Positions 22,691 through 35,900 of a stretch of DNA of 64,000 bases are shown one piece after another (the first letter of the stretch is position 1; each line of letters starts with the position of its first letter). The DNA comes from Oculina patagonica (Eukaryota), in NCBI RefSeq assembly GCF_052425735.1, contig NC_135763.1, positions 17,236,001 to 17,300,000 on the forward strand. The letters run 5' to 3'. The notes beneath the pieces were generated by a model that searched no databases, was not told the origin of the DNA, and saw only the letters and a program-made list of their open reading frames with translations. The position numbers and the translations under genes were made by a program.

Positions 22691-23439
22691 AATAATGATG
22701 GCGTTTATACGTCTCTATACAGAACCAAAAACAAATACACGAGAGAAAATGACTGACTGCAATGAATAATACGGATTACTAAGAGAGTAAACATAAAACT
22801 GTCGAGCTGTCACTCGGGCGTTCTCGCAAAGACGTGTTGCTAGGCAGTACGGTTAAAATGTCAGCTAAGACGCACCCTTTGATTCTAATTGAGTAGACAC
22901 TTGTGTTTTATGTCACCTTTCAGTGTATGATATCAGTAAACCAATAAAGAAATGATACTGAACTGAACGAATTGAAATTATCTTCGCAGCATTTACGCAG
23001 TATTTTTTTTAGCCTGATGATCATTTCATGTTCCACCGCAGATCACGCACATCAGTCTCGTTTTTGTCTCGTGTCGTCATGACGACGTTGTCATGACGAC
23101 ACGAGATAATTCTACAGGGGGAGAACTGCATTCCATGCGTGTTTGCTTTCTGAGGCCGCCGAATTTTCCCGCCATGTCAACATTTGCTTTGTGAGGCCGC
23201 GGAATTTTCCCGCGATGTCAACATTTGTTTTGTGATCGGATGCCGCCGGAATTTCATATCAACGAACAGATAATTTTTCTTTACAAAGGTCGCAACTAAC
23301 GCGTTGGTTTATCAAACAGTAAGTTAGGAGTATTTATTGAAAAGGGCTTATTATGTAAAAATACAGGCACGCTAAAAAGAGATGACGTTTTTTTCTGATT
23401 TTGCAGCAAACGAGCAAATTTTAAGTGGTCCAACAGGCA

Positions 23440-23740
23440 ATAAAAATGGAACAGAAATAAGGCCCCTTTTAGCTGGCAACAGTGCCTATCCGCTAACGAA
23501 CTGGCTAGTGAAACCCTACTCGGACAGAGGACGCCTGACTCAGGAGCAGCGAAAGTTTAAAACCTAAAGTTCGGTGCGGTACGATCTGTAGTGGAACGAT
23601 CGCGCGAGCATTTGGCATGTTGAAAGTTCGTTGGAGAATTGCATTGAAAAAGGTTGTACAAAAAACGAGCATCCTTAAAAAGACTATGATTGCTACGTGA
23701 CTTTTGCACAACTTTGTATTGAAAGGGGTGACCTTTGTGG
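23440..23740 (+). pseudogene. PIF/Harbinger (HARBI1-like) transposase remnant
   Basis: Frameshifted IRPLLAGNSAYPLTNWLVKPY..LTQEQRKF followed by VER..AFGMLKVRWR, matching the GDSAYPL and VERAFGxLKxRWR motifs. Confidence 0.75.
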
Positions 23741-25995
23741 CATGAATAACAACAATTTAATAACAGAAGATAAACGATTAGATAAAGACAATTATTTTGA
23801 TGCCAAATCTTTAAAAATGTCAACTGTGGCGTTTGTTTGTTCAAATCTTGCGTTGTGCTGTTCCATACTTTTTCTCACATTTCAATAAAAGCACTCTGCC
23901 AGTCTGGAGTCGTACTTTTTTGCCTTTCTTTTTTCAGGCGGTTCTGATTCATCGAGAGAAACATTTACACTTTCGATTTGCAAAGCCTCGTTTACACACG
24001 GCTCTGAGGTAAAGGTAGAACTTAATGTATGACCGAAAGAGGGAAATTATATTTGATGAGTTTTCTTAGGATTGAAGAGCAGAAATGTCAATCTAAAGCG
24101 CAAAACATACATTGTTTTTTTTATTTTTTTGACCCGAAGATTGACCTAAGTCAAGAGGCACTACATGTAGCTTCATATATCCTGCTGTGAATTCCACGCT
24201 ACAATGAACACAACTTTTATAGACGACAGCCTTTTCAGTGCATGAATGAAGCTCTAAAGAGGAATACACGTAGATGTGACGCATTTTTTTTTTTTTAAAT
24301 TAGCTGTACGCTTTTCAATTTTGGATATATTTGGGCTGCAGCCAGCAGTTATCAAGAAAAATACAGACAAGTTTTACGTTCTTAAAATAACATTCTAACC
24401 TTTGCCGATAAGATTGTACTGAAAATCAATGAAAGCAGAAAACGCGTAGAAGAAGAATGAAATGCACCAGGTTATTACAAACGCATAATACAATGTACTA
24501 ACCGAAAGAGAGAAATTATATTGATGAGTTTTAGAACGGATCTGAAAAGCAGAAGTGTCTAATAATCAACAAGATGTCATTAGATGGACCTGCCTGTAAA
24601 TTTTTTGTTGTCGTTGTTGTGCATTTAACGCTAGTATACCGCAACTTAAATTGAGCGAGAAAAGCAGTTTTTAACATGAAGCTCTAAAATCTCTTTGGAG
24701 TGTCTTGTCTTGTGGTCGCTTGTAAAGTTTTAATTTGTGCAATTGTGAGATGTATCAGAATAACAGCTTCACTTTGCCAATTTAATTTTTGTTTAAATTG
24801 TTTTTTGTTTAAAAACTTTTTTTAAATTTAGCCGCGGCAACAGATTGTATCGGGGTTAAAGAGGGATTGTAATCTAAGCAATTAGTTGGCGGTTCGGGAT
24901 TGAATGTCAAAGTTAATCTTGCACACATAGCACATGTCGTTTGAACAAAAGGTTTGAATCGTTTGAATCGTTAGTCGATTGAATACCCAACCATTTTAAA
25001 GTTATGACCAGTTATGGTACAGCATAGTAAGCTCTGTGTAGAAGTTAAAGTCTCTCTTTAAAAAAGTGACATTTGTGCGAGTTAAACACTACTACATAGT
25101 TTATTGCGTACCTAGCAGAATATTTCATTCAGTAGATTTCATCCAATAAGCAGGCCAGAGTCTAAGCGCGGGCCGGCCGAAAATAGCGAAGAAAATGACT
25201 GTAATTTACACGTTCTTTAGCCGCTGCGTTGTAGCTTTGGCGTTACAAAAAGAGTGACCAAAACCAAATTTCTCCTTACAATATCAATACTAAATCAGGA
25301 GAAAAGGTTATAAGAATTAACAAAATCATCACCACTCGCATGTCATTATCACTTAACAGGCTGAGCGTTCACGAATAAACACCCAAAGCGATATCTCATA
25401 TAGCGTGAAGAAAGCACATGGAAGTCATAGTTTAAGTATACAGTAGATCTAGAATGTATGCTTAGTGAACCAAAGTGCAATACAGCGTTTATCCACAGCT
25501 AAGTATCTGTCTGTCATCTTTTTCTGCTGTTATTGGAGTCCTTTAACTGTTCAACGGCCAGATGCTGAAGTGTACTTTGAGTTTTTTTTTTTTTATGTTA
25601 CATACACGCTTTTCAATTTTTGATATTTTTGCAAGCAATAAATAGACGTGAAAAGCGATCTCTTTTTTAAATAAACTCTAAAAAGTGACTCGAGACACTA
25701 AGCCCAGAGGGCTTTTGATTTTTTTTCTTGTTCTTACGATGCTTGATTTCGTGTGCATGAAAGATATCAGTCTCGCGCGCCGTCTCGCAAAGTCTCGGTC
25801 TTTGTACACGGTCAGATGCGTCGACAAAAGGCATGGGTACCAGCTTGAGCCCGCGTTAGCACTTCATCTTCCATGCGCTCTCATGTGTGACTAGCGTGAC
25901 TCGTTCGACTCATTTGAAAGCCAAAGCAGAAGCGATTCGGGAGCCGACTAAATACACTAAATAGTTGTATCAAACTCAAACTTGATCGTCTAAGT

Positions 25996-27324
25996 ATGTC
26001 TCTCGATGTGGCCAGTAAAGACTATTGGGAAGCGACATCTAGATGTTCAATCAGCGAGAGATGCAAGTTCATGTTTAACAACGAATTCTTGAGCGATGTG
26101 AAGTTTGCTGTTCGCCAAGGCGGAAGTGAAAGTATGAAGAAGATTCCAGCTCACAAGTTCTTGTTGGCGATCAGTAGCCCAGTATTTTTTGCCATGTTTT
26201 ACGGTGAATTGGCGGAGACGAGAGATTCTATCGATATCTCTGATTGTGAGTACGAGAGCCTGTTGGAGTTGTTCCGTTTCATGTACAGCGATGATGTGAA
26301 CTTGAACCCAGACAATGTCATGCAAGTTCTTTATTTGGCGAAGAAATACATGCTCCCTTCCCTTGCTGACAAATGCACAGAGTACCTTGGAAAGAACCTG
26401 GATGCCTCAAACGTGTTTCATGTCTTCCCGGACGCACAGAAGTACGAAGAGAAAGATCTTATGGATCGTTGCTGGGAAGTGATAGATGAACAGGCAGACG
26501 AAGCTGTGACATCAGATGGTTTCGTGACAATCGAGAAATCAGTGCTGGAGGAATTAGTCGAGAGAGATTCGTTGACCGTCAAGGAGGTGAAATTATTCAA
26601 AGCTGTCGATTGCTGGGCTACAAAGGAATGTGAAAAGCAAGGCCTAGCAGCAGAAGGTTCTGTGAAAAGAAGGATCCTTGGAGAACGGATCGTTAAAGCA
26701 ATTCGTTTTCCGGTGATGGAAGAAAAGGAATTCGCCGATGTTGTCCTAGACTGTGATATACTAACAAAGAAAGAGACTTTCGCCTTGATGAAGTATTTTA
26801 ATTCTGTGCTGAATTTTCCAGTGGGATTTTCTGAGGTCAAAAGAGCTGGTTCGCATCAGCGAATGTACAGGTTTGGATCAGGAGACAGATTGCAAGGGTG
26901 GTATTATCCTTGGAACTGTTCCGATTCGATAACTTTTTTGGTAGACAAAAACATAAAGCTTCATTCAGTGCGTCTGTTTGGTAGCGAAAGTAATGAATAT
27001 TCAGTGACCCTAAGAGTGTATGCTAATGGTGATACAAAAACAAAGACAGGCAAGTTTCTGTCTAAACTTGTACAGAGTGAAGGAGGCGATTACCACGGCT
27101 TTGATATCGTGTTTGAGCCTCCAATTGCGATACAGGCACAGATCCAGAACCGTTTTCAAGCCTCCATTAGTGGCCCACCTTCCTGGTATGGGCAAGGTGG
27201 CCTGTCTCGTATAAAATACTCTGGAGTAACATTTTACTTTAATGAGACCAATGTATGGCCAGGCCCAGAACGAACTATTGTTAAAAACGGACAATTTTCC
27301 GAATTCGAATTTACACTGAACTAA
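25996..27324 (+). CDS. BTB/POZ-BACK-PHR protein, BTBD3/BTBD6-like (intronless), copy 2
   Basis: 442-aa ORF paralogous to 3072-4421; ends GQFSEFEFTLN. Confidence 0.93.
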   Translation: MSLDVASKDYWEATSRCSISERCKFMFNNEFLSDVKFAVRQGGSESMKKIPAHKFLLAISSPVFFAMFYGELAETRDSIDISDCEYESLLELFRFMYSDDVNLNPDNVMQVLYLAKKYMLPSLADKCTEYLGKNLDASNVFHVFPDAQKYEEKDLMDRCWEVIDEQADEAVTSDGFVTIEKSVLEELVERDSLTVKEVKLFKAVDCWATKECEKQGLAAEGSVKRRILGERIVKAIRFPVMEEKEFADVVLDCDILTKKETFALMKYFNSVLNFPVGFSEVKRAGSHQRMYRFGSGDRLQGWYYPWNCSDSITFLVDKNIKLHSVRLFGSESNEYSVTLRVYANGDTKTKTGKFLSKLVQSEGGDYHGFDIVFEPPIAIQAQIQNRFQASISGPPSWYGQGGLSRIKYSGVTFYFNETNVWPGPERTIVKNGQFSEFEFTLN

Positions 27325-29389
27325 TCTCGCTGCAGTTCTTGCATTTTATACATGCAAATGTAACGATTGCTTAAGGTCAAAAAGCTAATTTAAATCAGCC
27401 AAGCACAATTGTGTGGCACTAGTGTAAAAAACGCACCTGCAGCTTGCAAAAAAGTCCATTTGTAGTGTAATGTAGTATTGAAGTGTTCAGTTTTTTGTAG
27501 TCTTTGTAGTTTACCTGTACTAATATTTTTAAAGAAGAATATTAAAATAAAATGCAGCAAAACAGAAAAAAAAAACTCGCAGTCACTATTTTTGTGCAAG
27601 TAGGGAATGACCACTGATTTTGTTTGCAATACGCGGTAAATCGAGATCTTCAATTCGGCACCGCGCTAAAAAATAATGGGAGGGAGAATACTCATTTATG
27701 TAACCATAGTACGTCCCACCGCGAAGGTATGGCTTTTTTAATGTTTTGGTCTAAACAAGGAGGAAGAAAAAGCGGTGAATGAACTCAGGAAATTTGGCGT
27801 AACAAAAAGAGATGAATTAGCACTTCCTGTGGAATGAAATTATAAAAGATCGAGTGCAGAGTTTTGAGATCAAATTTCAAATATAGGGTAAGGAAAATCA
27901 TATATCGTATATTCTTATGTCTTTCATTTTTTGTGGGTGACCTGATCGCTTTTCGTTTATCTTGCAAGAACACGCAACAATTTATCCTTATAAGGGAAAG
28001 ATAATCGCTTGCGGTGACTTTTCGCTACCGACAACTTTTCCGCCGAAACTTCGCTCTCCAATCGAGTGCGAGTTATAAAACATTCAAATGTAAAAGAAAA
28101 AAGGGAATTTTGGTCTGAATTAGACCGAGCGTTTTGAGTACGGGGCGATACATGCACTATATCCGAGGAATCGTCCCTCGGCCCCCAGGTGGGGGAGCTT
28201 CAGACATTGCATCTCGAGAAATTACCCCTTTCAAGGCAATGTTCCAGTCTGGTATTACAAAATGGATGGATTACAGACAGTTACTGAGTTCTTAACCAAG
28301 AGTACTTAAACTAAGTGGAGTACAATTCAGGGAGTAATTTTTAAAATCACGGGCAAGATTACTAATTACTATGAATTGTAGTGTTAGTTTAATACGCAAT
28401 TTCGAAGTTCGCGAGTCGTTGAAAAAACCCTTTTAATAAAAAAGAACTTCGGCGGACAGCTTCAAGATGTTGTTCTTTTGTTAGCGTCCGTCTTCTGCTA
28501 GTTGAGTTTGTTTCTTCAATGCTCGATTTTTCAGGGCTCCTGATTTGTTTGCCTACCCATAATTATATGGAGAATGTATCATTCGACGGACCAATCAAAA
28601 CCGGCGAGAAAACTTTTTTTTCCCCCCCCCCCTCCCCCCCCCCCCACCCTGGAACTTTTACTTGAATTGCATGCGTGTTCGCGTTCGCTTTACCAAACAA
28701 AACCCGCGTAGCTTCGTTTTACGTTCGGTGAACCTATCAAATATATTAATTCTATCAAGTCATTCGTTGTTTGCGTTCTGTTCAAGCGTATACGTAATGA
28801 TTTCAAGGTCAAATGAAAATCTACTTTGTAGGTTAAACAAACCGTAGTGGAAACAGCAAGAGAGATGTTATGAATTCGAAGTAAATGTCACTGAAACGTA
28901 GTCGTTTGATCACCACATTTGTTTATTGTAATCCAAACCTATCCCACAAAAACTGTAGATTACAATGTACACGGTTAATTCGATTACTATAAACCGGTAA
29001 ATCAAGTTATGAATCACTTCTCATGTACTGTACAAACAAAACCGTAAAGCAGGGGAATAACTAAATTACGTAACTGATACGGGTGATAGTGCGTGTGAAT
29101 GTGTGACAAAAGAACCCATTTTAGTGCAAAGAATTCACGCGCGAATAGAGTTGCTGTCCAATTTGAAAAATGAACAACCTGTACAAAAAGTTTAAGTTGG
29201 ACACCTGTAGCTGGACATCCCGCGATTGGACTGAGTGGTGTCGAATTTAGGGTATTACGTGACAAATAAGCGCGCGCAGAACCAATCAAAATCGATAAAT
29301 GTGTTACGTAATAACTTACGATTGGCCTGCGGAAAAACCAATCAGAAGCGAGTGTTTAAAGCTGGGTTGGAGACATTTCCGCACGGAAG

Positions 29390-29460
29390 TGAACCTGTTT
29401 CACCAATGTATAACTTACTGCTCTGTGTACAAGTCAGGCAATAGATTGCACTGGAAGAGG
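29390..29460 (-). pseudogene. GIY-YIG endonuclease fragment (Penelope-like remnant)
   Basis: Short peptide AIYCLTCTQSSKLYIGETG. Confidence 0.5.
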
Positions 29461-29937
29461 TGAAACTGAGAACAACTAAAACTTGTCGCTGGAGAAATTT
29501 ATGTACTGTAAAGACCTGTAAAATCCCTCGTTTTCTCGAAAATCCCAATATGTCGAACCAATTTTCTTTTGAAAAAATATAGACGGCAAACTAATCCTGA
29601 CGGCGTAAGCGGTCAAAAATGAACATATTGCAGATTTTCATTGCAATTTTCTTTTCCCTTGGATAGAACTTCTCTTTCATTTCAACCCCGATTTCTGGAA
29701 ATAAAGTTTCCCCTTGAGGTTCCAGAAATTGGGATTCTATTGTATTGCTAAAAAAACTACTTTATGATAAAAGATCCATGTTTTAAAGAAACTAGCCCTG
29801 TTATTCTGATACCTTCCTCGCTACCTCGCTCTCGATACCTTCCTCGATTTCTACAGTATATACATCCAATATTTATGGTCTGAAAAGAACCACATTTTTA
29901 CAGCATTCCAAAGCTGCAACAGTATATTTACACGGGT

Positions 29938-32900
29938 TTAAAGAATCTCATTCAAACGGCAGTGCTCATACGCTAGCCTTTGTTTGGCTGTTTGGAACGC
30001 CTGCTTTATATCGCTAAATTGTTCATACTCGTAAACAGCACGGGTCACATTTTTCCCATCAAATGGATCTTCGATGCGAATATAAGGCCTGGTCCACTTT
30101 TTATCAAAAGGGACACGTTTAGTGCTCGCTAGACGAACTGATAATACTTTATACCAGTCAAAGTCACAGTAAAAATTAAAGAAACCGACGAAAAGACTGC
30201 CAAGGCTCTCTGTGTTAGACGACTTATATGAGGTAACAACTGATGGAAGAGAGCCACTGGTCAGCTTATCAGCTAAAGCGCTGGCGCTCGACGATGAACT
30301 GAAGTGTGTTGGGCTGGAGCTTTGTAAAGATGGTAGGACGGCTGGGCTGCAACCTCTCTGTAAGTAATAAATCACCAAAAGGACCACGGCGAAACCTATA
30401 TTAAGAGAAAACCTTTAGGCGATGTTCTAATTATTTTCAAATTACTATGGTTTTTATTTATATGCATCTTTAACTTTCTCTGATATTCTTTTACTATATT
30501 ACTCAAAAAAGCACCGCGGCTTTACTAAAATTTCGACGTTTTGATGCGACGCTAATTCAAAGCTTAAAGGCGAAATTTAAATAAGTCGCCTTTGCTTTGG
30601 TATTGCGTCACCTCGCTTAGTGATTGGTTTAAACATGTTTAAAAATCCTCGCGCAACTAGTTCCCCGCCAATCAGCCGTGATTCGCTCTCGATTGCTTCG
30701 AGTTTTGATTGGCTTACTGGATTGTTTGCGTTTGGTTTTGGTTTTACCATACTCAATTAAAAATCGCTCTTCCAACGCACTAACGTAACTAGAGAACTAC
30801 GTCACTGACCCGAAAGCTTGTGGTCATGCGCACCAGTGATCCTCGACACTTGCGCCCAGTACTTGACGATCACTACCAGCGGAACAACCCTGGGGTCCAT
30901 TTTACCATAACACTTTTGTAAGTAGGTGTTGAATATGGAATTCTGGATATCGACACTGATATCTCCCTCGAGTCTTTCACTTCGGTCCTTGAGCTTCAAT
31001 ATGGGGACTACTGCAGTGCTGATCAGCTGGAATAACAAACACAAGAAACAATGGAAGAATACACAGTGTAGCTAAACTCGTTTCCACGTCTGGCAGCGTA
31101 AAAATTCAAGATTTCCTCAGCACAATACGGAGAACACACATCCTTGAACAAGGACAACAAATTCAAAAGCAAAAAAACAAACTAACAAACAAACAAAAAA
31201 TGATGTTTTCTTATTGCTGTTTGTTTTTCTTGTTTTTGTTTGTTGTTTTTTGGTTTTTTAAACAAAAGCCGCGAACATCGTATCGCAGTGGCGCCACGAT
31301 ATTTTTAAACGCACTCCTTTACCCGGTAACTGCATTATCATTTCCGTTTTTTGGAGTGTCACGCAGTGCTCGGTAGATGTGTTGCGTGACACAGCCATAT
31401 AATGGTCCAGTACCAAGGAGAGTACAAGGGTAACTAGTGGTAACCACAGGTTAGAAAGTGCGGGCCTTGACGCACTTAGACAAGGTACTGGTAGGCAGTG
31501 CCGATAATTATAAATAAACGACTGAACAAGGAGGACTGAAATGATCAAATGGACAATAGACAATTATTCTGAGTAACGCGTCACGCAAGGATTTTTCGCA
31601 CGCGGTGCAGTGTGAATTTAGATGTGATTTTTCTCAGTCGGTAAACTCGCTATGTTGTCAGTGTTATAAAGAATCTCTCGACAATAACCGCTGTTGGAAT
31701 CATTCGCTTCACCCTGGTTTATCTGTGATACAATCACATCAAATGTTCTCAAAAGCAACACATAACGCCTTCACGGAAGGTTTATCTAATGTGACAAGCT
31801 GTTTTTAAAATATCGCTCTTGGAGAACAGATTTTTCTCTTCCGGTTTTACGACAAACTGTCGTGATTAACACATTTTCGCCTTCCGATCGTGCTTAGTGG
31901 AAGAACAAAGATTTTCAACTTCCGGTTCGGTCCTGGTTTATAAACGTGGCACGCACGCGTAAAACGCAATCCGCTGGTCACTGTCAAGATTAGGGTTGCG
32001 GGCCTCTCTTGGGCCCGCAATTAATGGGTTGCTTGAGGCTCAAACGCAAACGTAGAATGAGTTTCAAGGAAAGTGCGATACTCTGAACATACGATGTGGG
32101 AGAAGCAGATACGCACAACCCGGTGGCAACGATAAAATTAACCAATGGAGTCGAACCGTTTCTTCATTATTTTACTCTATTAGTTTCAGTTCTGAGAAAA
32201 AAAAATCTTGAAAAAAAATGTTTTAAACAAGAATGCGCTTGCAGGACTGATAAAGTCTTTGCAAAAGCCGCGCAACACCTTCACCCGGAAACATAATGCC
32301 GGAAGTTTCGACGGTGTAAAATTGTCTGTTTAAGTGCTGATTAGTCTGCGAAAAATGGAGATTTTTACAATAGCTTGCTAAACCCACACTCTTTTCCTCT
32401 GTGCAATGAAAATTAAATTGATAGTAAACAAAATGCAAGCTGAAAATTATCAACACGTATTGAGATTGTTTGGACAATTCAAAAAAGGCGTGATTGGAAT
32501 GATTAGAATCGTAAATACTTGTTCGGCAAACCGAAACCGAAACTAACTTACTGAGACATTTTAAATAAATCATTTTCTTTAATTCTTTTTGCGATTTGCG
32601 CGAAAATAGTAAATGTCAGCACAGAACATCGATAGTGTTCAATCCATGACAAGTCAGCGCACAACATGTCACTTTTGAAACAATAATTCAATATTTTTGC
32701 AAAGCATCACTCTTAAATCTGTTTTTTCGTTGATCCTTAAAGTAAGGTATTTTTACTTTGATTCAAGATCTTGAAAACTTGAAATGAGAACAATGAATCT
32801 TAATTTAAGAAGCGATGTCTTAAATCAAGAGCTAAAGAACAGGCGACCATGTCTTGAGAGAAAAATTCTCAAAATGAGATAAAGATGTCTCAAAATGAGT

Positions 32901-35900
32901 TTAGAAATATCTTAAAGCAAGATATGAACCTTGGGACTTTAAAAATGATTTCAAGCTCAATAAAAAGCAAATCTTTTTATAAAACAACTTTTAATTCACT
33001 TCTTAACACCAACATACAACCATTACAAATAACTCATTAAAATAAAATAAAGCAGGTGAATTTTAATGCTAAACTAACCCTCTAAGCACCATGCTGATCA
33101 AACTAAATTCTTTGAGGAACAAAACAGATTAGCCTTTGAACTTCACACCTGCCTTAATTAAAGAACAAACAACTTCTTCCAATTAAAATTACAAGAAATG
33201 TATGCTACAAGTGGTAAGACTCTAAGTTGATTACATGTAACTACCATAATTTGAAGGGCTAACAACAATAATAATGCTATTATGGTATTTAAGTTAAGTG
33301 TAAACGCAATCTATTTAAAGGTGCTATTATATACGAGAGGCAGGTCATTCAAAACATGACTTAACTAATCCAGGTTTAGTACAAGTTTTTAATTTAGTTC
33401 TGTAGCTAGCATCAACTCCACAAAATGTAAGCTCTGACTATGCTCTTAATTTCAAAATCAATTTTAAAATTTTATGCTAGATTAGCCCTCTTAATTGCAA
33501 CAACTTTCGAGGAACCAGTTCCTGCAGTCCCAGTTGCAGCTAACCCTTATGCTAACCCTTTCACTGCAAGTGAAAGTAATTACAATTTTCATTGAAACTC
33601 AAAATCTGCTATAAAAATTAAACACTGGAAGTTAGTCATCCAAAACCATAGCTATCTTACAAAAGCATTGCAAAAATATTTCACTTCACTGTACTGGCAA
33701 CACCTCATCATGATGTTGACTCCATACATTGAAAAGCTAGTTGATTACACTTTATGAGTAACGGTTCAATTCAGCACGTGAAAGGGTTAATTTAAGCAGC
33801 AGCAAAATAATTTTCCTTCGTTGCTATGTATAAGCTACCATTAATTCTGTTAGCATGAAACACTTGGTGCCTGTACAAGTGGGTATGTAGTGTTACTTGG
33901 TTGCCTCCAGGAAGATCAGGGTCACATATCTTATACGCTACAAGCTTGTCACAGTATGACTCACAGTCCATGACTTTAGTGACAAAGAAGGGGTCTTGCA
34001 ATTGTATAGCATACCAGATGTTTAAAATCTTTGCAAACTCTGGAAGCCCATGCTCATTCAGTCCTAGCAACAAGTAGTTATTGTCACCACAAATATATTT
34101 TGTACCATAAACAACCACTGATTTTCCTTCAAACAGAGTACAATCTTCAAAGTCGATTTCATAAAATCGTGCAATAAGGCTTTTTGCATATTCTTGTTTA
34201 TTTCCTGTGAGGGGTTTACCACTTCCCAAGTGAATATCATCCCTAAACAAAGAGCATGGGTCATTGTCATCAACAGGTAACATATCAGCATATTCCATTT
34301 GCTGATGTCGTTTTGCAAGTGTAAGTGGTAAATTTTTAAAATTTTTAATCCGTCTTACTATGTCCTTAAAGTAAGAGTGCTTGGCTTCAAATCTCATGCA
34401 CCATGTCCTTATAAGAGGACCAAACATCATCATTTGAGAGGGCAAGTGCACTAAGAAATGCTGCTTAGGTAAAATTCTTGCCCCATAAATTTCTTTAAAA
34501 AGAATTAAATGTTCTTTAACGATTCGTTTAAGGTTCAAAATAGAACTTGAAGTTATCTTTTGTGCAAAGCAAATTCCCATAATTTCCAGGAGGGATGTAA
34601 AGCATTTCCACTGTGGACTTTCACTGTCTGTGATACCTCCTAAAATGAGAGGAAGGATCCTGGATAGCTCCCACATTTGAGCTGCATTTTGACCAAGGTT
34701 ACTGTCAGACTTAAAATCTATATCATCGTTTTTTATGAACGATGGTTTATCCTTTACATTAGAATAACCATAATGGATATTTTTAATTTGTGTGTTCAGT
34801 TGATCTAATGTGACTAAACCAGGTGTATGAAAATACTGTTTCAACAAAAACTTAAGTTCATAAGACAAAACTCCTTCCAGAAATATATGCATAATGTCCT
34901 GTGGTAGTTGTTTAGTAACATCAAAGTCTGGTATATTGCACAACGAAGACCTTCTGTTGATGCCATATTGCTTTGAAAAATATTTTCGTAAAAAAGGTGA
35001 ACCTGCATTTTCAATATCACTTAGCTGGTGTTCATGCCAATCACTATCCCGAAGGAGAAATTCCTCTTCAGTAAAATGCTGCTGCATGGATTCCCAGTCG
35101 GTCATGCAGTGACGGCACTTGCGGTATGCACCACCAACACCCTCTTTGTAACCACCTAATGAGTTACTGGCTGGGGTATCTGCCAGGACGGCCAAAACAG
35201 AACCATGTAAATAAATTTTTCCACCAGCAATTTCAAAAGGATATCCAAAATCACTTGATAACACCTTAAGGTCTTCAACAAGGGGCTCCAGTATCCTATC
35301 AATGCCATATTTCTTTATGTAATTTACACTGCAAGTTGCAAATAAATGAATTGATTTCAATTTTGATCTGTATTTGTAATCTATGTTTGCCAGTTGGTAA
35401 TAAAAGAACCCAATTTTGTGCATTTTGTTTGTAAGTGGATTGGCAACATTTACATCATCATAATAAAGCAGAATCTTGAGTGATCTATCATCTGTTGAGA
35501 ACAAAGGGTGACTTTGGACAAATGTGCCATCACTTAAATCTTCCATCACATGTCCCTCCTTTGGCAACAGGTCCGAACTCTTGTACACCATGTTGAAAAT
35601 TTGTTTTGATCCAGATAGCTGGTTTTCTATAGATTTTAAAATGGAAATGTAATAAAAGCATTCATTACGTTTAATTATTCTTTTTTTGTTATTACGTTTG
35701 GCTTTTTCACGTTTCTTGCCCAGTAAAACTGCTCGAGGCTCCTAGAAAGAACAGAAAAAAATCAGATGTAAGTGCATGTACAGCACTTATACCATATAAT
35801 TATACATGAAAACATGAGAAAAGCAGAATCTTGCCACATTGTGTAGTTCCAGAAAATATCTATACTACCCCCACACTGAAGGGATTGGAAATTCCTGAGG

